A stretch of 64,000 bases of DNA from positions 6,448,001 to 6,512,000 of the forward strand of contig NC_088791.1 of the NCBI RefSeq assembly GCF_011386835.1, written 5' to 3'. Position numbers and translations under genes: made by a program. How positions within the stretch are numbered: position 1 is the stretch's first letter; each line of letters starts with the position of its first letter. The DNA is from Chrysemys picta bellii. Lineage: Eukaryota. The notes below the pieces were generated by a model. That model searched no databases and was not told the DNA's origin. It worked only from the letters and a program-made list of their open reading frames with translations. This document shows positions 23,121 to 36,999 of this stretch, in pieces.

Positions 23121-24349
23121 TATTCCAAATCAGAGAGCTGTCCCCAAAGTATAAAGGAAGATTGTTCCAGGCAGCTGGATTTGCAGAGGAAAAAGTCCTT
23201 CACCAACAATAGTAAAATTAAGAGATGAAGCAGGTGTTATAAGAAAGTGAGCAGAAGTTGGTGCAGCTCCGTAGAAGGATTTACAACAAAGGTTAACTGA
23301 GTTGTATCCTAAAATGATTGGAGAACCAATGGACTTGTTTGAGGATGGAATGACATGGTCATGTTTATTTGTACATATGAGAAGGAGGGCATTCTGCTGC
23401 ATATGCTTGGGTTTGGAGGGTTGACACTTGAAGGAGGCCATAGAACAAGTGAGAGGAGATGAAGGCCTAGAAGTGGAGTCAAGACAGTAGCGTAGCTGGG
23501 TAATGTGGAAGTGGTGATGCAGGAAGAGATTCTCTCTCTTTGAGTAGGGAATGTCTTTTTGGTCTGTATTTGTACAGCACCTTGCACAATGGGCTCCTGC
23601 TGCAGGATTAAGTCTCCTAGCTGCTCCAGTCAGATGAAGAATAATAAGAGGAAAGTTCGGGGTCAGGAAGATACCATGATTACATCCAAAGGCAGCAAGT
23701 GGAAGGTGTGAGTTGAGCGGATGACTGGAGAGAGAGGGTCATGTTTGAGGATGCTCTTCTTGCCCAAGACTGCTTGTCTGAGGCATTTAACTGGAAAGTT
23801 TAGGGGTAACCACAAGTTTTCCTTGGTCAAGAGGCAGAGAGGATGAAGAAAGAAGAAATGTTTTTCAAGAAATGTTACTGTTTAGTATTATCAGCATAAA
23901 AGTGGTTAAGCTTTAAGGGATGTATGAAAGAAATTGGGATTAGGTAGGAAATTACAGTGAGTGGAGAGTGAAAGAGGTGCAGAGGAGTTGTCACTATTAG
24001 GAGAGAGCCATTAGATATAAGTGTGGAACCATGGCTGGATGAAACCTAAGTTGGATGTTCAGAAGCCTGGAATTATCCAGTGTCAGAGGCGGTACTGAAC
24101 CTGGAGAGGAGGAGTCTTCAGTGAAAATTCGGAAGTTGAGTGACAGAATGGGAATTCTGTGCTATACCCAGGCCAAACCTCGGGAGGCTATTGTGAGGAA
24201 GGGTACTTGGGTAGTTGTGACGGTGATGGTCTCAAGCTCTTTATTGAGAAAGTAAAGGCTACAGGCAGGACAGTGGTTAGGGCAGGGTCAAGGAAGTAGG
24301 GAGAGGAAAAATTTAAAGAGCTATAAGGCAGAGTTTAAAAAACCCACTC

Positions 24350-25692
24350 ACCTATTGTGATCCTAAGAGCCTCTTTTATATCAACTGGCAAAAAGCTCAC
24401 CCTGTACATTGTCAGAATATTTAGCCAGACAGTGTCTTGTAAGGTATCATGAAAACTGGTGACATGCTGGTCATGAATATCATCGTGTAATGTATGTAGG
24501 GGTTGTGTATACAGAGTTATATATGTGCGCTTGAAATATGTTCTTAAAATGTGTTTTGGAGGCAGTTGATCAACACGCTTGCCCTAGACAAAGGAATGTG
24601 GATTTACCTGTCAGCATGGACCAGGTTAACAGACGGATGAGAAAACAGCATGGCTTGATTATGAGCAAAGGTCAATAGAAGTGCATTTGCATCTAAAGTA
24701 AACAAAGTGATCAAGCCAATCAAAAAAGCAAATTAAGCACAGGATGAAGAACAGGCTTAGTACCTGCACCCCAGAGAACAAACAGCAGGGGAGAGGAACT
24801 TTATCTGGGTTCTTTTCAAAGAATACATGTGAAAGGCTTTCTGGGCTATAAGAGGGAAGAAAAGGGGCCTCTCTTGTTATCCCTCACATAGGGGTCAAAG
24901 AAACAGCATCCTCTGATTCTGTGAATATTAGGCCCTCCTGTCTGAAGGACTGGGGATGCTGATAACTCGATGTAAACTGTTTAGACAAAGATTGTAGCTT
25001 GCTAAAGTTAAGTTTTAGTCACTAAAATGTATGTTATTTTTGTTTGCAACCATACCTGTCTCTTTCTATTGTTTAGTATCACATACATTTGTATTCTTTA
25101 TTAATAAACATATGTTTAGTTTTACTATAAACTGTCTCAGTGTTGTGTATTAAGGTAAAGAGTGTGTCCTCAGCTGAGCCAACAGGCTAGTGCAGTGGTC
25201 CCCAACCTTTTTCGTCTGGCGGGCACCAGACGACGAGCCACGGAGGACCGTGTCATCCGACGCCTCTGGATGACGCTGCTTGTCGGCGGCATTTCGGCGA
25301 ATGTTCGTCTGCCAGCCAGTACACGGGCGCACTTAGACGCCCCGGCGGGCTCCATGGCGCCTGCGGGCACCACGTTGGGGACCCCTGGGCTAGTGTATAT
25401 TTTGCCTCTTTGGAGACAGCAAGCTTGGTAATTTCTGTGAGTGTCCAGTGAGAGGGGCTGGATTCTGAAGAGCAACACTCTTCCAGGGAGTTCAGGAACT
25501 GGGGTTAACTGAACGTTACCTGGAAGGTGAGGTTAAGACTGGCAGGTTCTCGAGGAGTTTGCTGGTCAGGTGGACAGACCGGTGTGGCAGGGAGCTGACA
25601 TACACAGATTAAGCTCCAGCAAAGCGCTGTCTTGCTAAGGCAGAGGAGTAACAATGGCTTACAGTCCCGAGCACCCTGAGAAAGTGTCGTGC
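24350..25692 (+). mobile_element. Probable solo LTR interrupted by a hAT MITE
   Basis: Non-coding ~1.15 kb with TATA-like ggctataagagg and AATAAA; resembles the block at 1120-2220 in organisation; ends approximate. Confidence 0.5.
25193..25387. mobile_element. Young hAT (Charlie-type) MITE with perfect 8-bp TSD
   Basis: GGCTAGTG|cagtggtccccaac ... gttggggacccctg|GGCTAGTG; interior retains many CpGs. Confidence 0.92.
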
Positions 25693-25949
25693 CTGTGGTC
25701 AGTAGGATGCCTGCAGAATCTAAGCTTTCATTTCAAAGAGATGATATGAACGCTAACCAAGGGTAAGGCGGCAGAGACCTCAGTTTTGCTAAGCTGCAGC
25801 AGATCAAAAACTACTTAGTCTTGTCAGTTGTCTTTCTGCTATTGGGAGACCTCTGGGCAGTAATGAAATGGATAAGAATCGTACCGATGCTGTTTGGGTG
25901 GTAGCAGCAGAGTCCGGCATTGAAGCTGGGGATGAGGTTTCAAAAAAAT

Positions 25950-26230
25950 CCCATGTGGGAGGGTCCAGGGACAACCCCATTCTCTCCCAAGTGGGAGTGA
26001 ATATCAAAGAGCAGCAGCCATAAAAGGGTTGAGGGAGGCTTCAGATTTTCAGACACCGTGTAACTAGAGGCTGATATGAAGGGAGAAGCCCTCCATAAAG
26101 TCCAGAGACAGAACCCTCGAAGGGAGCCGAGCTACTGGAGGAGTAGGTGAGGGAGTTATCTTCTCACTTGGGGATTGCCTTTGGACGCTGGAGCTCTCTA
26201 TCTTTCAGATCAGTCTTTGGCTAATAGGCT
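25950..26230 (-). mobile_element. Ancient L2-like RT fragment; probably continuous with the purine-rich block ~23150-24340 before the LTR inserted
   Basis: The reverse complement of agagacagaaccctcgaagggagcc resembles the GVPQGSVL motif; strongly degenerate. Confidence 0.35.
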
Positions 26231-28643
26231 TAGGTGTCTGCTGAATAAATTGAAATGGGAGGGGGAAGGGTGATGAGAAGTTAGCAACAGGTCTTGAGAG
26301 AGGGTTTTTTTTTTTTGAGGAGAGTCAGGAAAGAGGCAGAGAACATTTGGGCAAAGAAAATGCCTTAGAGAGGGGGGAAAAAAGGAAATGGATACCAAAG
26401 ACAATGCAGAAAAAGATGCACCATCATCTATTATAGGAAAGTGATGTGAAACAAAAGGAAAAGAAATAAGAAAAGCAAGAGATATATAGTACTTCCGTTA
26501 TTATTTTGATGTATTATAGGTGGAGCTGGTAGCCCCACCTCTGATTAAGGTTACCTGAGAGACACTGTTCTCAGTTGGTTATAACTTTCCCCAATTTTAA
26601 CCATTTGAGCTGAAATTTTCCATACTGGGTGTTTGCCTCAGGATGATGTTTTTTTTTTTTAAAGTTTGAGGAAAAATGGTTGAGCTATTTCCAAGACCAA
26701 GATTAGGGGAACAGATTCTGGGAAAAACACCAGAGCACATGCGTTTCCAGAACCTGGAAGAGAACCCAAGATTCCTCAGTCTCAATATTCCTCTGTCAGC
26801 AAATATCTGTGGAACCCACTGGCATAGTGTGCGTGTCTTCCCAATTAACGACTGGTCCACATAACATAGTACATTTTAACCTCTTCTGTTACCAGTTATT
26901 CCATTAGGTAAGATGGCAGAGGTCTGTTGTGAATCTAACCCTCCTGATGGATCTGTTTGATGTCCTGATTTTTTTTTTCCAGTTTGCCTTTTTAAAAACC
27001 TAGTGAATTGCATATAGGAAAACTACATTTAAGGAACATTATGAAGGTTGCAAAGTCAGGCACTTAAATGCCAGAATTAAAGTTGCTTGTGCAACCTAAG
27101 TTTACCCCCCTTTGTCCTTAATTGCATGATCACATACTATTTTTTTTTCCCCCACAGGGTCCCTGCAACATTCAGTGCACAGGATGGAACGGTACTCACT
27201 GGAGTGAGCAGCTATTCAATATTTTGTTTTATCCTCATTGTTCAACGTTTGACTCCATGCTCCGGCATACTTTTCAAACCTTGCTCTGAAGACAGAATTA
27301 ATTTCCTCATGGGCTTTTCTGCGGTCCACTATAGAACTTGTGTCCTTCACCAATATTAATCTTATCTCTATAATACCCCTGTGAGATGAGGTGTGGTATC
27401 CTCATTTTACAGATTTGGCACAGAGACACACAAAGATTAAGGTTAAATGTCAGCTAATTTTGGGTGCTGATTTTGAGATGCCTGAGGCTTGATTTTTTTT
27501 CCCCAGAGTATTTTAAATAGTTAAAGCATGGCTCTCATTGACTTCAGTTGCTGCTGAGAGTCCTGCAAATCAGACTTCAGGGTTTCAAGTTGGGCACCCA
27601 GAAATTGAGGATCACATGATAGCTTGGTCCAAATGATTTGCCCAGAATCACATAGAAAGTCTGTGACAGAAGCAAGGATTGAATTTATTTCCCAAGGGAA
27701 GCCTTCAACTGCCTTAACCATAAAACCATCCTTTCTCTTCCAGCAACCCTGCTTTATTCACTACGTACTTTTCAGCTTCTGCAACAAGTGAAGCAGGGAT
27801 CCTACTAGACAACCTCCTCCTTCATTAGTCAACCCTAATACATTCTCAGAGCATAGTCTATCCTGTGCACTGAATGAGGAAAGGGTTCTCGGGGGAAAAA
27901 ATAGTATATCATCAAAGACTGTATCATAATGCACAGTGGGGGGGCCTAGATTTCCCAACTTTTGAGTGCTTGTCTTGCAACCTTAAAATTCTTTTAATGT
28001 AGCTTTTTATGTGCAATTAAATAGAAAGTTTATGGCAATACGTACCGTTTATTATGTGAAAAGTTTTATTATTTTAAATTGAAGGAGTAGTGGCTTTAGG
28101 GGCTTGGGTTGTTGGTATTTTTCATCCAGAGTAGGTGGCCTCGTATTTGGGTCTGTAGGTGTCCATTGCATTTTTCATGCCGTGCATAAGGTACTGTAGG
28201 AAAAGTAGGTGTTGACAAGGTAAGAGAACTTCAGTCTCCTGGGCTGTCATCTTTTCCATGTTCATTCAAAAAAAACAAATATGTGAAAACAAATAGCAAA
28301 AGGGGGAGCATGGATTTGTCCTTATCCGAATACACTTATTTTTTTTCTCCTGTCACAAGGTAGGATGTGAGCAGCACTTTATCTCTCATAAAACTGTAGG
28401 ATTCATGAAATAGGGTATTGCTATGAGACTTAAAACTCAAGAGCCATTTATTTTGGAAAAACTTGCTATAGCCGATCATGTTAGTGCCTGTTTTGTTCAA
28501 TGAACTTTTCCACTGGTCTGTCAAGGTAACATTACCTGGAAACTTGCTGTCTGAGGTATGATATTCTTTTTCCTTGCTGGGGTGAGGAAATCTGCTCGGG
28601 TTCTCTTCAAGACAGGCTGGGCATCAGTTTTTCCATTTGTAAA

Positions 28644-28854
28644 GGGCGGAGGGATAGCTCAGTGGTTTGAGCATTGCCCTGCTAAACCCAGGGTTGTGAA
28701 TTCAATCCTCGAGGGGGCCATTTAGGGATCGGGGGCAAAAATCTGTCAGGGATGGTACGGGTCCTGATGTGAAGGCAGGGGACTGGACTGGACTCGATGA
28801 CCTTTCAAGGTCCCTTCCAGTTCTATGAGATAGGTATCTCTCCATATAATAATA
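28644..28854 (+). mobile_element. Tortoise PolIII/SINE (tRNA-derived head, CR1-derived 3' tail) inserted in a MIR core
   Basis: A box tagctcagtggt, B box gaattcaatcc, 3' gatgacctttcaaggtcccttccagttctatg shared with CR1 tails; flanking GTAAA duplication (28639-28643 / 28855-28859). Confidence 0.88.
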
Positions 28855-31800
28855 GTAAAATGGAGTAATACCTATTTTAGAGGGATGTTGTAAGGATTAA
28901 TATTTGCAAAGAGCTTCAACATCCTTGGACGAGATACATGTTATTACTATCGTAGTCCAAAAATCTCTTCAGTTTCAATCAGTACCAGACTGCTCTGTTT
29001 TTGGTATCATAGCTTTCTGTTTTTGCATTTTAGAGTACATGTTGTATGTGGTGTTCATCTGTAATGGGTTTCCATGAAAGTCTTGGAACCAGTTGTTGGT
29101 ATTTTGAGTTTTTCAGATTGAGGTAACAAACTGTATTTTACTACTTTCCAGAAACACAGAATTTTGTTGTTGGGATGGGGGTACAGGGATATTTAGTAAA
29201 ATGCTACATTTGTACTGCAGTGTAATGGTTGTGCGGGCTTTTAGTTTCTCTGGCCAAAAGTGCTATGTAAGTGCAAAGTATTTTTACGTGGTTTCTTTAC
29301 TTGCTCATATTTCCTCTGAGACTCTTATGGGGCAGTAATTTTGTAAAATCAGTTTTTGGTCTATGATAAGCCACCTGGCAAGGTCAAGCAAACAGACTGA
29401 GAAGCAGTAAGTGTTTAGCAAGCAAACCGCAGCTTATTTCACGCTCTGTAGTCCACAAGGTGGATACTTGTGCTTGCCATGTATTATGCATACTGAGAAA
29501 ATGAGAAGTTCACAGGACTTCAGTGACATTAGAGAAACTGCCTTTTGAATTTTCCTTCTACTCAACAGATTTTAAAGCCCAGATACTACAGTGATGCTTC
29601 TGCCGTGGTGGTGGGTTTTAAATGAGCCAGGAGTTAAGCGAAGAATCCAGCAAATCAGTCCAACAGACAGGTTTAATAGTGTCCACTGTCTGACACGTAG
29701 GGTTTTAGAACTGCTGACCCCTGGGCACAACTTCTAACCCTAGTGGTGCTTTTAGTTTTCTTTTTGGAGCTGGTTTCTAAGTCCCCTGGTTATTTACATT
29801 GCCTGACTCAGCTACGACCATCTGTGAGCCACAGACCCTTAATGCTGGGTTGCATACACTTTTGAACCAGGCATTTACTGTCTGAGTCAATGTCACACTG
29901 ACCTGAAAATGAAGGGAATTTAATACTGTGTATTGTAACTGGTATATAACCCCACCGCCTACTCCTGGTTCTTTGCTTCTGCACATAAGGACGTGTTCAA
30001 TTCTGAACATCTGAGTGAGGAAGGGAGTGAAAATGTCAAGAAGCAGAGACTCCTGGTGGAGCTGTGTGTTTGTCTGCCCTGGTGGCTGGATTCTTTATGG
30101 TGTGATATTTTCAGGTCACATGGAGGAGGAGTGAGGACTCCAGTGACTAACCTATCTGTCAAAGCTTTAGAGTGAACTGATTCTTGTTCTGTGGCACACT
30201 GGTAGCAGTGGGAAGAAAGAAATGCTTGTTTTTACATATCGTCATGGCCACTCCTATTTGATATTACTTGAACTGTAGGCATCCCTTTGTCAGTCTTGTC
30301 AAATAGCGTGAAGGGAAGCAGATACAATAAAAGTGTGTGTAGCCTGGTGTACTAAGGATTAGCAGGTGAATTTTTTAATGTGGAAGTATGGTAAAAAAAG
30401 AAGTGTGTAATGTGCATAGTCATGAACCCTATAGCGTTGGATCAGTGCCAAAAGAGCAAAACTATTCCAATGAATGTGTATAAAACAAAATAAATATTGA
30501 CTTGTCTTAAAGTCCCTGTATATTTTAAACTAGTAGGGTTAGAAAGAAATGCTGAGAATTCCAGCCATGAAGTGGTGTCCATTTGTTTTTATCATTGGAT
30601 CAGTAGATCTAGAACAGTAAAATCACATTATTCTGATTACCATCCTCCTTTCCATTTTTAAATTATAATCTGATATTAGTGGTTGCTAATATCTCAAACT
30701 GTAAGAGCTAGAACCAATTCTGTACAGCACCTGGAAGCTTGGAATCCCTGATATCAAATGACATTAAAACCTTAATCTGATTCTAGGGGGTTGTGAACAA
30801 ACTGCTATGTCACTGGTTCTTCTGTGATCTTTTCCTTAGGCTCTGATGGATGATGTGATCTCACTTTCTGCCACCAAGACTAATGCCAGGAGAATTGCAG
30901 CTCAGAATCAGGATTTTTCACAGGGTGGGTTTTAAGTCACTTACGTTAAGTAATGTTACAATACTCTGAGTGAGATCATGAATCTTTCTAGTTCAGGCTG
31001 AAACACAAGACTTATTGCTTCATCTTAGCTTGTTTTACATTAACCACTGCCTCTTACTAGAGTAACAGAATCAGTAAATGATGAGCAAGATGAATAAGAG
31101 ACCAAAAAAATACCCACAAAAACTCAAGTATAGTGGAAAAAAAAGTGGTATAATGCTACACCGCACCAGATTTTTGATGACTGTCATTTTGTAAGGCATT
31201 TAGATACCACAGAGATGAGCATAGTAGAAATAGAATAAATTAGGCTTTTGCACTGGAATTATAGCATCTAGGGTGGGGGGAGAAGACTGTTGGGACACTA
31301 GCTTATCTTTCAGCCAGAACAGGGTCATTCCCTGTTATGTAACTTCTCTGGCCTTGTTGGAGTTCGTAACTCCTCCCAAATTAGTGTTATGTGCATAGTC
31401 CATTTATATGCTATTTTTATTCTTCTGAATCCATTCATTGAAGGTGTTAAATGAGATCAGATCTGTTCAACACACACTCTTGTGGCTCTCCCTCACCACT
31501 TCTGTTTTGTCATAACCTTTCACTTAGTTCTTCATCCAATTGTCGATCCATGTGATGAGGTTCCATATGTGAGCCAATTAAAAAATGTAATTTTGAGAAT
31601 AAGATTTTTGAGAGGCTGTAGAAAATTGGCTTTAATATTACTGAAAAGCATTCAGGTTCAGTGCTCAAGGATTAAAAGTGAGACGTGTTCCTTGGAAATG
31701 CAGGGTAATACAGGGTAGGTTAAGGGTGCCCAACTTTAAGTCAGTTGAGGGCCATGCTGGTAATTTCAGGAGCCGGAGGACTCTATGTACTGTGCATACA

Positions 31801-34602
31801 ATGGATACTGCAGCTACTCTTATCTGTAAGTGGGCATTTACAAACAATAGAAAACTTTAAAAAATGTGAATGAAATTTGATGCAGGATCATACCACAGTT
31901 ACCAAGAGGCTTTCTGCAGGAGCAAGTGCAGCAAAGGGGATGCCATCAGGATCAGTTTCTGCTGATTCTTTTGGGTCATTGGAAAAATGTTTTATATAGG
32001 AACATCACAGAAATGATCCTTTGCTGCCACTGGGGCATTCAGCGTTTGGAAGAGAAATTTGACCACTTCTACACCCACATGGGAGAGGACTTCACAGTCA
32101 TGTCAGTTCCATTCTGATGCTCCTGAAGAAAGGGGAGGGAGGAATGGAGAAGCTATCCTGTCCTACTTCCCTTTTGGTTTGTGATGCATATCTCGTGGCA
32201 GCATTAGTGCCAAACCAAGTCCGGTCCTTTATGTTAAATGCAGGCAAAGGAGAGCGATTCTTCGGAGGCAGCTCTCTCGTCCTTCAATCATGGTTTCGGG
32301 CTGGTTGAAGAAGCAGCATTATAGGCTCAGTCAGTCACACATTCTGAGTGAGTCAGGGAGAGACAGGAGTAAAGGTTGAGGTAGGAAATCTAAGAAAGGG
32401 GGGTGGCAGTGACCTGAAAAGGGAGGGGGAAGCTAACATCTTAATTTTAGTAGGGGCAAGATTGTATTTGTTTTTTTGGCTACTGACCCAATAATGGACT
32501 GGATTAGTCGCTGAAATAAACCAAGAGATAAACCTCCTCTTCCTGTGCACCCCACTTCTAAAATTTGATTCCTGCCATTTGAAAGAGAGTTGAGAGGGGA
32601 ATTTCTCCTTGTCCTTCCTCCACCCATGACATGCAAATACCCTAACTTATAGAATATATAGGACAAATAACTTGTCCTAAACTTAATTGTTGTCATAAAC
32701 TTAAGTTTTGCATTTGGATCCCTAGGAGGAATATAGACTGAACTAGTTAGATTACTACTGTTATCTGGTTTTGTAGAACAGTGAGGCTACGATGCAGACT
32801 GCTACAGGGGAGTCTCCTTGGCCCTGTCTTCACTTGGGTCATATCTGTATAAACTACAACGTTTTTTAGAGGATGATGTTAAGAATATTTTTTCCTAGAA
32901 CGTTGTTAATTAAACTGTGCAATAGACATTCCCCTTGGCAGCCTTTAGTGTCATGTCTATTACACTATTAAGAAAGGAAACCATGCTAAAACAATCCCTA
33001 AATACTCTTTTACCTAACTTGAGTCTGACCTAGTTTGGACTGGGTCTAGTTGGATGCTTTTATATGAGTAAGAATAAAGCAAAACTGATGGGGGAACATG
33101 CAGCAGCAGTAGCAATCCCCAGAGCAAAACAGTATTCTTAATTTGCCTCAACATTCTCTGCAATAACCCAGGATTTAAAGTGTGTCTAAACTGGGTTATT
33201 CAGTGCTAATGTTATGCAAGATTCCTGATCAGTGGTGTGGAGGTTTGAGCTGAGACACTGCTTGGAGCTATGATGGAATTAAAGTAACCTTGGCAACCAT
33301 TATAAATAAAATAGGCCTCCTTGAGAAGTACGACTGTGCCCATGTTTGCTGCATTCATTCATATCCTTCGCTTACATAACATCATGCTGCTGCAGCAATT
33401 TAATACCTCAGCATCAAGGGCAGCTATGCTAGTTTTGAGAGTGTCAGAAGCTTTTGCTTTGCCAACCGGTTCTTGCGTCTATTTCCTATGGAGCTGAAAT
33501 GATGGCATTACTGTTTTTCTCTGTATAACGTGAAACTGTTCTCTCCCATCCCCGTTTCCTTGGACTCTGATATTTCGTTCTCTCTGACAGTCTTGTTCTC
33601 GAGCTCTGATGCTGTTGCAGCACAGTACTGAATCCATCTCTCTCCATTACGCACCAGCCTCCTAAGCTTTTCTGAGAAATCATGACTCCGTGTATGCACA
33701 TGTGCATATCTTCAGTGTACTTTAGTGGAATACAGCTGTACACTGTTGTAGTTAATGGCAGTCCAAGCTATGAACTAATTCCCATGTTTCAGTCTAATTC
33801 TCCTAATCTTGCCCCTTTTATGGAAGGAAGGGCATACAATTTTGAAGCTTTCTGTTAATTCTGTGACACGGGGGGGTGGCAATTGTTTCTTCTGTATGTG
33901 TGTCACTGGGAGGTGGGGAAGCAGAACAGAAGAGTAGAGTTGGAGTAATCTTAACACCAAAGTTATGACACACAACTAGTAGGAGTCCGAACTGCATTGC
34001 ACATGGTTGAAGTAGTGCTATATTTTAAGATCACACTTCTGTCTGAATTTTTTACCTGTTGATGGTGTTACAAGTAACACCTCAGCTGCTTATAACTACT
34101 ATGAAAGATCGGAAAGATCTTTTTTCATTTACTTCGTGCACGTGACTGCTGTTTGTGTAGTCAGTTGGCTGTTTCCCCTGCATAGTCAGCCAGTCTTCCC
34201 TGTTCGTGTGGATCCTTCACACAGCCACAGGGGAGAGAACAAGATTTTAACAACAGACAAATGTGAGTTTTAAAACCACAAAAATTAGCGCATTATCTGA
34301 ACTGACTAGATTTCAAATTTTAGAAGTCCTGGTTCTAGGTCTGTGGGGGCACTGTTGGGGTGTGTGGTCCTTGCTTGGTCCTATCTTTCACCAGCCACCC
34401 CGATTCTTCAGTACCTTTCCTGCTGGCTTGAGTTTCTCTGGCACTCAGGATACGATGACATTTTTAGCATGGATCCTATTTAGAGGACCTGTATGTTGGT
34501 CTTCTAAATCTTTGTAGTGAAAGATTTGTTTTGAGCAAACTTCTGGAAGGGTAATATTGTCAATGGAATTCAGGTAGCCAGGTCTACTTGATCTATTAAA
34601 TA

Positions 34603-35221
34603 GGGCGTATCTACACTTCAAAATTAAGTTGACTTAAGTTGACATACAGTCACCGCAGTAACTAAGTTGGTTGTGCATGTCTACTCTACGCTCCTTGTGT
34701 TGGCGGAGCACATTTACAGTAGCGGCACTTGTATTGACACAGAGAGCAGTGCACCATGGGTAGCTATCCCACTGTGCAACTCTAGCACAGGATTTCTTGA
34801 GAAGGGGTTGCAAAGTTCAAAGCACAGGGGAAAAGGGGGGATATCATTCTGAGATCATAGCAAGAGGTGCACTTGCGGAGGATAGCATGCAGCTCCATGT
34901 AAAAGCGACATGTCTGCGGCTCTGCACCAGAGCGACTGCTCTGGGCAGCGAAGTTGAAAACAGTGACCAGAGCAGTCACAATGGGCATTGTAGGACAGCT
35001 CCTGGGGTCAGTTAAGTCAACGTAAGCAATGCAGTGTCTACGCTGCCACTAGGTCAACCTAGCTATGTCGACTTAACTCCACCTCCGCGAGAGGTGTAGA
35101 GTTTAAGTCGACGTAGCAGGCAAGTTATATCGGCGTTGGGAACATTGTAGTGTAGACACTGACGTTATTATGTTGACGTAAGCTGCCTTACGTTGATATA
35201 ACTCTGTAGTCTGTACCAAGT
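34603..35221. mobile_element. Non-autonomous Harbinger derivative with a Myb/SANT-protein remnant
   Basis: gggcgtatctacactt left TIR and an internal agtgtagacac; the minus strand at 34782-34988 contains RSGAEPQTCRFYMELHAIL. Confidence 0.72.
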
Positions 35222-35499
35222 CATGAAGTGCAAGAACAATTACCCTGAGTAGCACATGTAGATGTTTTAACACAAAGTCTCATTTACTTTTCTCTACGTG
35301 ATTTTGTCTTTAACCTTCCACTGAGAACACTATCTCTGCTGACCAGACAGAGTGAGGGTCAGTAATGAAACTTTATTTATCAGAAAAAATTTCACATAAT
35401 AGAGCTTTATTTTGTGAAGCATCTTTCATAAAAGCAGTTAGGGCTACAGTTTGTAAGTTAAATAGTCACAGACTTAAATAGTGGATGAAGTGAAATTAA

Positions 35500-35786
35500 G
35501 GCCATGTCTACATTAGCAAACTTACACCAGCACAGCTGTTCTGATGCAGCTACACTGCTATGAAATCACTCATGTAGCTGTTCTGTGCCAACAGGAGAGC
35601 TCTCTCCCGTTGACATAATAAAACCAGCTAAATGAGTGGTGGTAGCTATGTCGGCGGGAGAAGCTCTGCCACCAAGATAGCGCTGTGCACATGAGCTCTT
35701 ATGCTGGAGAAACTTATGTCACTCAAGGTTTTTGTTTGTATTTTTTCACACTTCTGAGCAACTTAAGTGGTAGTGTAGATATGGCC
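35500..35786. mobile_element. Harbinger-type MITE with TAA TSD
   Basis: TAA|ggccatgtctacatta ... tagtgtagatatggcc|TAA. Confidence 0.85.
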
Positions 35787-36999
35787 TAAAAGATACGAGC
35801 AAGGGAATTTTTAAGATGAGACTTTTAAAATAAGAGAGACTTCATGTGGTGGGGAAATCCAAAAAAGTGGTTTTATATCGTGGAGGAGCAGAGAAGACAA
35901 TTGTAACAATAGTTGCCTGGTTGTATGAAGGACAACAAGAAGGGCCACTAAGCTAGCGGGGAGTCGGTGGAGGCTGGAGTCTGTCTATGGTGAGTCTTAC
36001 CGAATCCATCTGGCAATTTTGAGCTGGATCCTGAAAGAAGTGAGAAACTGGTGATGTTTTGAAGATGAAGGTTAGTAGGACGGCAGAGAGCAGCATTTTG
36101 CAAATGGTGAAGTCCAGAGCTGGGACTTACGGGAATTCATAGGAGTCAGTCAAAAAGTAGCCTCACTTTAACTCTGCAGTTCTAATGCACCCATTACTGT
36201 AATGTGTAGGGACCAGAGGCAGTTATTGTATTGACTCTTATTCAGATACCTTTAATAAATGCTGTTATAAAATATCAGTTAGGATATGTTCTGAAGCTGT
36301 TGTAACTGAGAGAAGTTGAAGTATAGTGATTTGTAGTAGCCCAGGCAGCCGTCAAAGAGGCTGAGTAGCAATCACATCAGAGTCCAAAAAGCTCTTTGCC
36401 TTTAAGCACAAGTAGATCTGGTGACTGTATAAAAGGGGTTCAAAAGAAGCGTCTGGAAGGCAAGTCTGTACTTCCCAGGCCAGTGTTGATGGAGGAAAAA
36501 AGCCGATGAACATGTACAAATGTCAGTCTAAATGGAAACAAAATGTGATACTTCGCTCTCTGAAGGTCCTGGCTTTGCCAATCTAGTTTTTAACACTGTT
36601 TGTGTACTAGAGCAAACAAGATCAGACAAAGATCTTGCAATCGCATATAGATAATAGAACCCGGAAGGCCTTTTGGTGGTTAGCCTATGTGCACGTAGGC
36701 TGTAATAGAGCTGTTTCCCCTGCTAATGTGCTTGAAAGGATACTTTTTTTTTTTTTAAGGAACTTCTTCCAGGTGTGAGAGCATATTTTATCCTATCTAG
36801 GTTTTTATACTGTGCTCATTACCATAGTATTTGAGCACCTTTCAGTAGTGCATTAAGTAATGTCGGGTTGTTTGTTCTCTCATCCTCTCCCCAGAGGGAG
36901 AAGTGTGTGCAGTGGCTTGTTTTGGTCGGGGGGTTGTTGTTTGTTGTTGTTAAATATACCTTTTGCTGTGTGTTTATATTAGAGAAGGCTGGTCAAAGG

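Noticed and set aside
28644-28720. tRNA gene (also 41202-41280)
   Set aside because: A/B boxes are present but run into a CR1-derived tail with flanking duplications, so these are SINE heads and not tRNA genes.
30840-30924. Possible cryptic exon (ccttAG...cagg|GTgggt)
   Set aside because: 85 nt, not frame-preserving, with a modest donor and no homology support.
33486-33743. Short minus-strand ORFs with protein-like composition
   Set aside because: No recognisable homology or splice structure; within chance expectation.
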